Both the position numbers and the translations under genes were made by a program. This document shows positions 27,287 to 32,000 of a stretch of 32,000 nt of DNA, piece by piece. The stretch lies in contig JBGQBI010000002.1 of the NCBI GenBank assembly GCA_041494705.1, forward strand, positions 390,001-422,000. Direction: 5' to 3'. The notes under the pieces are model-generated. The model had not been told where the DNA came from. It saw only the letters and a list, made by a program, of their open reading frames with translations, and searched no databases. The stretch comes from Candidatus Methanoperedens sp. (lineage in GTDB: Archaea; Halobacteriota; Methanosarcinia; Methanosarcinales; Methanoperedenaceae). Every line of letters begins with the position of its first letter. Position 1 is the first letter of the stretch.

Positions 27287-28291
27287 TTACCTGAATACCA
27301 GCATTGCATCGCCGAAACTGTAAAACCTGTATGATTGTGATATAGCCTCATTATAAGCGACCATTAACCGCTCCCTGCCTGCAAATGCGCTCACCAGCAT
27401 CAAAAGGGTGGATTTGGGGAGGTGGAAGTTAGTGATTATAGCATCGATATTCGATTTGAAACCGTAAGGCGGATAGATAAAAAGCTGGCTGAATCCATCA
27501 TGCGCTGCAATTTTTCCGTCCACGCATGAACTTTCAAGCGCTTTTACAGTGGTTGTCCCGGCGGCTATGAGCTTACCTTTTGTTTTATTGATTATTTCTG
27601 CATTATCTGAGCTGACTGAAATATATTCAGGTTCCATGTTGTGGTCTTCGATGTTCGCAGCCTTAACAGGTGTGAACGTGCCAAGACCCACATGAAGAGT
27701 GACATACGCAATACTTACACCTTTTTCTTTTATCCTGTCCAGCAGATGTTCTGTGAAATGCAGACCCGCAGTCGGCGCAGCAATTGAGCCTTTTTCCCTG
27801 GAATAGATTGTCTGGTATCGGTTCTTATCATCGAGTTTTTTCTTGATATACGGCGGGAGCGGTGCCTCGCCGATTTTTTCGAGAATATCGTTCAGGTTGC
27901 CGTTGCTGTTAAAATCAACAAGATACCTGCTGGTGTTGGAGCTCTTTCTGACTTCAAGGACTGTCGCTTCAATCTCGCCGAAATGAAGTTTTGTGCCTTC
28001 ATGGATATTTTTGCCCTGTATGAGACACTCGTATCCTGCATTGCTCTTTGAGATAACAAGCGCCTCCACGTGCCCGCCTGTACTCTTTTTGCCCTGGAGT
28101 TTTGCAGGGATGACGCGGGAATCATTTAGCACAAGGGTATCCCCTTCTTCAAAATAACCAACAATATCAGAAAAACGGCGGTGCTCGATATTTTGTCCAA
28201 GCACCAATAATCTCGATGAGTCCCTGGGTTCTATGGGCGACTGGGCAATCAGTTCTTTCGGGAGATTATAATCGAAATCAGAGAGTTTCAT
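27287..28291 (-). CDS. queA: S-adenosylmethionine:tRNA ribosyltransferase-isomerase
   Basis: MKLSDFDYNLPKELIAQSPIEPRDSSRLLVL, SRVIPAKL, and the TAGLHFT and AAGTT motifs are typical of QueA. There are 6 nt between its stop codon and the tgt start. Confidence 0.9.
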   Translation of the reverse strand: MKLSDFDYNLPKELIAQSPIEPRDSSRLLVLGQNIEHRRFSDIVGYFEEGDTLVLNDSRVIPAKLQGKKSTGGHVEALVISKSNAGYECLIQGKNIHEGTKLHFGEIEATVLEVRKSSNTSRYLVDFNSNGNLNDILEKIGEAPLPPYIKKKLDDKNRYQTIYSREKGSIAAPTAGLHFTEHLLDRIKEKGVSIAYVTLHVGLGTFTPVKAANIEDHNMEPEYISVSSDNAEIINKTKGKLIAAGTTTVKALESSCVDGKIAAHDGFSQLFIYPPYGFKSNIDAIITNFHLPKSTLLMLVSAFAGRERLMVAYNEAISQSYRFYSFGDAMLVFR

Positions 28292-28316
28292 CTGTCTGCT
28301 TAGATTACATTGTGGG

Positions 28317-29099
28317 TTAAGTAATTTTTCTCAAAATAATCTCATCACCGGGTTTTTTATTAAAAAATTGCGCGGCATTTCCCCGGTTCACCGCAATCTC
28401 AAGAAACCCGTGGCTTCCAATCATTGCAACAGGTTCGCCTTTTCTGCAAAACCCGTATGATTTATGGAATAAAATCCGGACATTCTGGATATCCAGTACA
28501 TCCCCGAATTGGAAATCCACCATATCCGAGGTTATGTTTGTGACAAGATTTCCGAACTGGTCAATGAAGATAATCCTGCCCTGAAGTGAGCCGTCTTTTT
28601 TCAATCCTTTTCCAAAATCAAGGTCCACATAGTCAAAAATCTGTTTCCCCACAACGCTTATGTCCAGCCCTTTTGAGATATGCGCTCCCACAGGCGCAAA
28701 AATATCCCTCCCGTGGAAAGTACTGGAAACCTGTTTTCGAAACAGGTTCGTGTTTGTAATCTCATAAACCTTAAAATAACCAAGGCTTTTCGCTGCAGGT
28801 AACAGGAGGCCATTATTGGGACCTATGAAATAATGGTTTCCGTGAAAATCCGAATCCGCCCTGATTGCAATAGCCCGCCGCTGCGTTCCGACTCCGGGGT
28901 CAACTACTGCAATATGTACCGTATCTGAGGGGAAAGACCTTGCACTTATCATTAATATGAATGCACCGGCGCGTACGTCATGAGCCGGCACAGAATGAGA
29001 GATATCAACAATAGTGGCTGACCTGTTTATTCCATAGATTGCGCCCTTCATGGAGGCGGGATAGACATCCCCGAAATCTGAAAGCAGGGTAATTACCAT
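28317..29099 (-). CDS. SAM hydroxide adenosyltransferase / SAM-dependent chlorinase-fluorinase family (DUF62) protein
   Basis: N-terminal ITLLSDFG...MKGAI and internal VVDPGVGT motifs are characteristic of the PF01887 family. It is the first gene of the four-gene minus-strand operon. Confidence 0.85.
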   Translation of the reverse strand: MVITLLSDFGDVYPASMKGAIYGINRSATIVDISHSVPAHDVRAGAFILMISARSFPSDTVHIAVVDPGVGTQRRAIAIRADSDFHGNHYFIGPNNGLLLPAAKSLGYFKVYEITNTNLFRKQVSSTFHGRDIFAPVGAHISKGLDISVVGKQIFDYVDLDFGKGLKKDGSLQGRIIFIDQFGNLVTNITSDMVDFQFGDVLDIQNVRILFHKSYGFCRKGEPVAMIGSHGFLEIAVNRGNAAQFFNKKPGDEIILRKIT

Positions 29100-29152
29100 A
29101 ATCCAAGAAACATTTAATACCTGTCAAACTATAAAACCCGCTGTCATACCGT

Positions 29153-29226
29153 GGACTCGTGGGGTAGCCAGGATATCCTAGCGGGCTTCGAACCCGCGGA
29201 CCCGCGTTCGAATCGCGGCGAGTCCG
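29153..29226 (+). tRNA. tRNA-Arg (anticodon TCG)
   Basis: Acceptor GGACTCG/CGAGTCC, anticodon arm GCGGG-CTTCGAA-CCCGC, T arm CCGCG-TTCGAAT-CGCGG, discriminator G. A TTTTTT terminator run follows, and a TATA-like actataaaa lies ~20 nt upstream. Confidence 0.9.
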
Positions 29227-29578
29227 TTTTTTAAACTGAAAGCTTGATAAACCGTCCCGAAGGGCTGTTCTCGCGGGTAGGCGCACATTCGCTTTTGCGT
29301 GCTCCCTTTAGGGCGGGGGCGCAATCGTCAGGATTGATTTTGATGGCTCTGTCTTGGCGCATATACAATAATTGACCGTTGATATTGAAGGATTGATTTT
29401 TATGAGATTAGTGTAAAGTTACAATGGTTTTTAGCTCTTAAATAATGGACATATTTATTAAATAATATTAAACAAATTTCTTTGTTAATGCCATGAATAG
29501 CTTTCTCATTCAATAAATTTAAATATTATTAATGTTAATGAAAACTCGTGGCTAACTTGAGATTGTAGAGGTTGAAAC

Positions 29579-30109
29579 ATGAGTTTAATAACTCAATTGA
29601 CGAATTCAGATATACCAATTGTCATTATCCTATTAGGTGCTCTTTTCCTTTATTTTGGATTTATTATAGGGAATACAAAAGTTTGGAAATCTGATAAAAT
29701 CGAATCTTATATAGAAGGTTTATTTTTCTTTGTTTTTTACATTTTTATTCCTTTTATTGCTTGTTTTTATCTCAGAGGTCAATTAAATGTTTGGTCTTTC
29801 TTATTAAATCCTATCTATATTCAAGTCGTTGTCTTACTTCAAGTCGCTGTCTTGTTATTTCAATTTGTTATCTTCAGCTTTCTTTCAACGGTCTTACAGG
29901 CACAGAGAATTAGAAGATATGAATTCGTTGATACAGGTAGAAATCAATTTGAAAAAATGATTAATGATTTTCCATTCATTGGGAGAATTATCAGAAGAAA
30001 TGAGAATTTGTATGATAAAGTTGAAACATTTTTTGAATTGTTTATCTACAAAATTCCGATTAAAATGGGGAATCGATACATACTTTTCATTTCTGACAAT
30101 CCTATTTAA
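29579..30109 (+). CDS. Hypothetical multi-TM membrane protein, possibly the 5' half of a frameshifted gene
   Basis: It has a hydrophobic N-terminal two-thirds with about 4 helices and lies in the AT-rich islet. GAGG lies ~10 nt upstream of the ATG. I recognise no motifs. Confidence 0.45.
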   Translation: MSLITQLTNSDIPIVIILLGALFLYFGFIIGNTKVWKSDKIESYIEGLFFFVFYIFIPFIACFYLRGQLNVWSFLLNPIYIQVVVLLQVAVLLFQFVIFSFLSTVLQAQRIRRYEFVDTGRNQFEKMINDFPFIGRIIRRNENLYDKVETFFELFIYKIPIKMGNRYILFISDNPI

Positions 30110-30683
30110 TTTCATATTATATGATTCACCAACTACCTTAGCATACGTCTCAGGAGAGCTATTGATTTTTGGATTCTCTCTGGTATTAAGTTTTTTTATA
30201 TTAACTTATGTGGCATCAGCGTATGGTTATAGTGATGTTGGTTATCGTTTCGTGAAAGTTTACTTGGTTGATAGTGAACCTATTCGGGGAAAAATGATGT
30301 ATTATGGAGAACTTGTTATCATACTAAAAAATGGGTATTTGTTTAGCTGGGACAGCATTCCAGAAAGCGGCAACGATGGGCTCATAGAATTTCTAAATCG
30401 ATATTTTGGTATTGAGTGGGTAAGAACGGCAAACATTGAAAAAAGCGATAATGGTAGAACCATAAAGTTATCTACTGAAAATAATTCTCTTTCGCTAATG
30501 CTTAACAATGAAAACACCAAGGTAAATCTAAAAATCGATGACGGTAGAAATGATGAATTTATGGTGAAGACAGAAAAAAGTAAGCTGAACATATACGAAA
30601 ATAAACGGATTTTGATAAATAAAGATAAAATCAATTATATTGAAGATAGTTTTTTTGAAACCGAAAAAGATAAAAATCTATAA
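29964..30683 (+). CDS. Hypothetical protein with TM segment(s) and a soluble beta-rich C-terminal domain; true start uncertain
   Basis: The first ~40 codons overlap the previous ORF and look non-protein-like. From about 30079 onward the frame encodes convincing TM helices (TYFSFLTILFNFILY, LLIFGFSLVLSFFILTYV) and then a soluble domain (FSWDSIPESGNDGLIEFLNRYFGIEWVRTANIEKSDNGRTIKLSTENNSLSLMLNNENTKVNLKIDDGRNDEF). Confidence 0.45.
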   Translation: MIFHSLGELSEEMRICMIKLKHFLNCLSTKFRLKWGIDTYFSFLTILFNFILYDSPTTLAYVSGELLIFGFSLVLSFFILTYVASAYGYSDVGYRFVKVYLVDSEPIRGKMMYYGELVIILKNGYLFSWDSIPESGNDGLIEFLNRYFGIEWVRTANIEKSDNGRTIKLSTENNSLSLMLNNENTKVNLKIDDGRNDEFMVKTEKSKLNIYENKRILINKDKINYIEDSFFETEKDKNL

Positions 30684-30740
30684 GTTGATTTATTTAGTAA
30701 ATAGTTTTATAATTATTATTTGGTTCGATGATTTTCTTAT

Positions 30741-31472
30741 TTAATACGTCAATAATGCCTTCATTTTTGATATTACTTCATTCAAATCATTGGTTCTTTG
30801 TTCGACTATTGTGGCTTGGGTTTTGACTTGACCAGAAAGTGTAGCTTTTTTTATAATATTTGCTTGATTATATTGTGATATTAAGTTATTATATTGTGTT
30901 ACTGCATCATTATATTTAGATAACTGGTCATTATATTGTGTTAAAAGTTGTAGATATTCTTTAAATTGTTTGGGAGTATAAAAATTCCATCCTCTATAAT
31001 AACGTGGATTATCCGTGGAGTAAACTAAATATCCTCCTGTTGTTTCTAAAGCTAACCATTTATCGGCGGATACTTCTGCTAAAACCCATGCATGATTAGA
31101 TTCAAATAGCGTTGCATTATCTTTATCAACATTACCAATTTGAATTTTTGCATTAATTCCTCTAGTTTTTAACATATTCCAGACATCATTAGCCATATCC
31201 CCACATACAAAAATATCCTTTCCGTAATAAGTATGAGTTTGATGGTATTCCTCAACAACTTCCTTGCTAATTTGAATGTTCATCTCTTCTAATGTAGGTG
31301 TATGAGTTGGAGTTATTTGTGTAGGAATAGGAGTTAGTGTTGTAGTAGGCTCCGGTACTGTTTGCCTGTTTCCCGACAAGGACTTTATGGTAGTGTCGTT
31401 ACCTAAACAACCTGAAACAATAATTGCTAATCCAAAGATTGCTATAAATATAATCGATTTAAATTGTACCAT
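30741..31472 (-). CDS. Secreted lipoprotein-like transglutaminase-like cysteine peptidase-fold protein with a C-terminal heptad-repeat coiled coil
   Basis: Signal peptide plus lipobox-like IVSGC (Cys22) and a Thr/Pro-rich linker. The papain/transglutaminase-like triad context is FVCGDMAND (Cys90), SNHAWVLAEV (His127) and KWLALETT (Glu143 where Asp is usual). A four-fold heptad [ST][QK]YN[DNQ]xx occupies residues 178-205. Confidence 0.6.
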   Translation of the reverse strand: MVQFKSIIFIAIFGLAIIVSGCLGNDTTIKSLSGNRQTVPEPTTTLTPIPTQITPTHTPTLEEMNIQISKEVVEEYHQTHTYYGKDIFVCGDMANDVWNMLKTRGINAKIQIGNVDKDNATLFESNHAWVLAEVSADKWLALETTGGYLVYSTDNPRYYRGWNFYTPKQFKEYLQLLTQYNDQLSKYNDAVTQYNNLISQYNQANIIKKATLSGQVKTQATIVEQRTNDLNEVISKMKALLTY

Positions 31473-31589
31473 AAATTTTAAAATGATTTTATTCCTAAAT
31501 AAAACTATTGTATCTTGGAATAAGTACGTTTACAATTTCCTATGCGTTTAAAAAAGAGAAAAATTCCGGTAAAAACCGGAATAACAGAC

Positions 31590-32000
31590 TTATTTTGTGA
31601 AATACCAGAGCAGAATCAGTATTATTAAAAGGATTATACCGATCCAGATATAGGTATTGCTGGACTTTGGTTCTACCTTGGGCTGCGGCTTGGGCGGTTC
31701 CACCCTCGGAGCAGGCCTCGGTTTTGGCGGTTCTGGTCTTGGCTCGGGTTTTGGTTCTTCAACTACGACCTCTTCCTTTACCTTTCCGGACACGAAGGGA
31801 CTCTCAACGCCGGTCAGGACTGCCATTACACGAACTTTTCCTGTAAGGTTATTATCCACTTTCGCGCCCCAGATAATCCTCTTGGTATTCGGGACTTTAT
31901 CCATTATCATTTCGCCAGTGACCGCGACTTCTTCCAGTGTCAGGTCTTCGCCTCCGACGATATGGATAAGAACACCATAGCTTGCGGAAATATCCGTCAC
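31590..32000 (-). CDS. FtsZ/tubulin-family protein, C-terminal part (N-terminus lies beyond the window), with a Pro-rich linker and a C-terminal TM helix
   Basis: GVLIHIVGGEDLTLEEV...IIWGAKVDNNLTGKVRVMAVLTGVESPF matches the FtsZ C-terminal domain as in archaeal FtsZ. The linker EEPKPEPRPEPPKPRPAPRVEPPKPQPKVEPK and the hydrophobic YIWIGIILLIILILLWYF-TK follow. The ORF is open to base 32000. Confidence 0.75.
   Translation of the reverse strand: MTDISASYGVLIHIVGGEDLTLEEVAVTGEMIMDKVPNTKRIIWGAKVDNNLTGKVRVMAVLTGVESPFVSGKVKEEVVVEEPKPEPRPEPPKPRPAPRVEPPKPQPKVEPKSSNTYIWIGIILLIILILLWYFTK

Noticed and set aside
29005-29286. 93-aa minus-strand ORF spanning the DUF62 start and the tRNA-Arg gene
   Set aside because: It runs antisense through a clear tRNA cloverleaf and overlaps the 5' end of the DUF62 CDS, so it is a spurious ORF.
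29227-31589. Calling the AT-rich islet next to tRNA-Arg an integrated mobile element or provirus
   Set aside because: I could find no integrase, transposase, terminal inverted repeats or duplicated copy of the tRNA 3' end by eye. I report it only as a compositional islet.
31657-31980. Gly-rich 107-aa plus-strand ORF
   Set aside because: It is the antisense of the Pro-rich linker and FtsZ C-domain. Its composition (GLG/GSG runs) mirrors the CCN codons on the other strand.

Overview
This window looks like an archaeal chromosomal segment, most plausibly from a Methanosarcinales / ANME-2d (Methanoperedens-like) organism. Supporting evidence: an archaeal-type initiator tRNA, an archaeal SRP (7S) RNA, cofD (F420 biosynthesis), a PGF-CTERM surface protein and a PurM-like protein that may be methanogenesis marker 2. 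The first ~13 kb is housekeeping: aroE-tyrA, an ABC-2 exporter translationally coupled to cofD, dodecin, moeA, an MBL hydrolase and a DNPH1-like gene. The most interesting part is 14.1-25.0 kb. A tightly coupled iron-uptake operon (FTR1 permease, DtxR-family repressor, FeoB) has an 18-bp perfect palindrome with DtxR-box-like arms in its promoter. Two secreted c-type cytochrome genes bracket this operon. One is a monoheme protein with four near-identical Big_2 repeats and an unusual His-rich (EHTNTQ)n tail. The other is a 1489-aa multiheme cytochrome with 19 canonical CxxCH motifs, about 75 N-glycosylation sequons (hand count), an inserted Methanosarcina-type S-layer duplication-like domain and a C-terminal membrane anchor. 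This architecture is associated with extracellular electron transfer in ANME-2 archaea. Downstream is a tight four-gene minus-strand operon: SAM hydroxide adenosyltransferase (DUF62), bacterial-type queA, bacterial-type tgt and a PurM-like protein. Queuosine genes are unexpected in an archaeon. A visibly AT-rich islet of hypothetical membrane and secreted proteins follows tRNA-Arg. The window ends inside an FtsZ-family gene whose product carries a Pro-rich linker and its own C-terminal transmembrane helix. I found no CRISPR array, integrase or transposase. All calls come from reading the ORF translations and DNA by eye; no searches were run.
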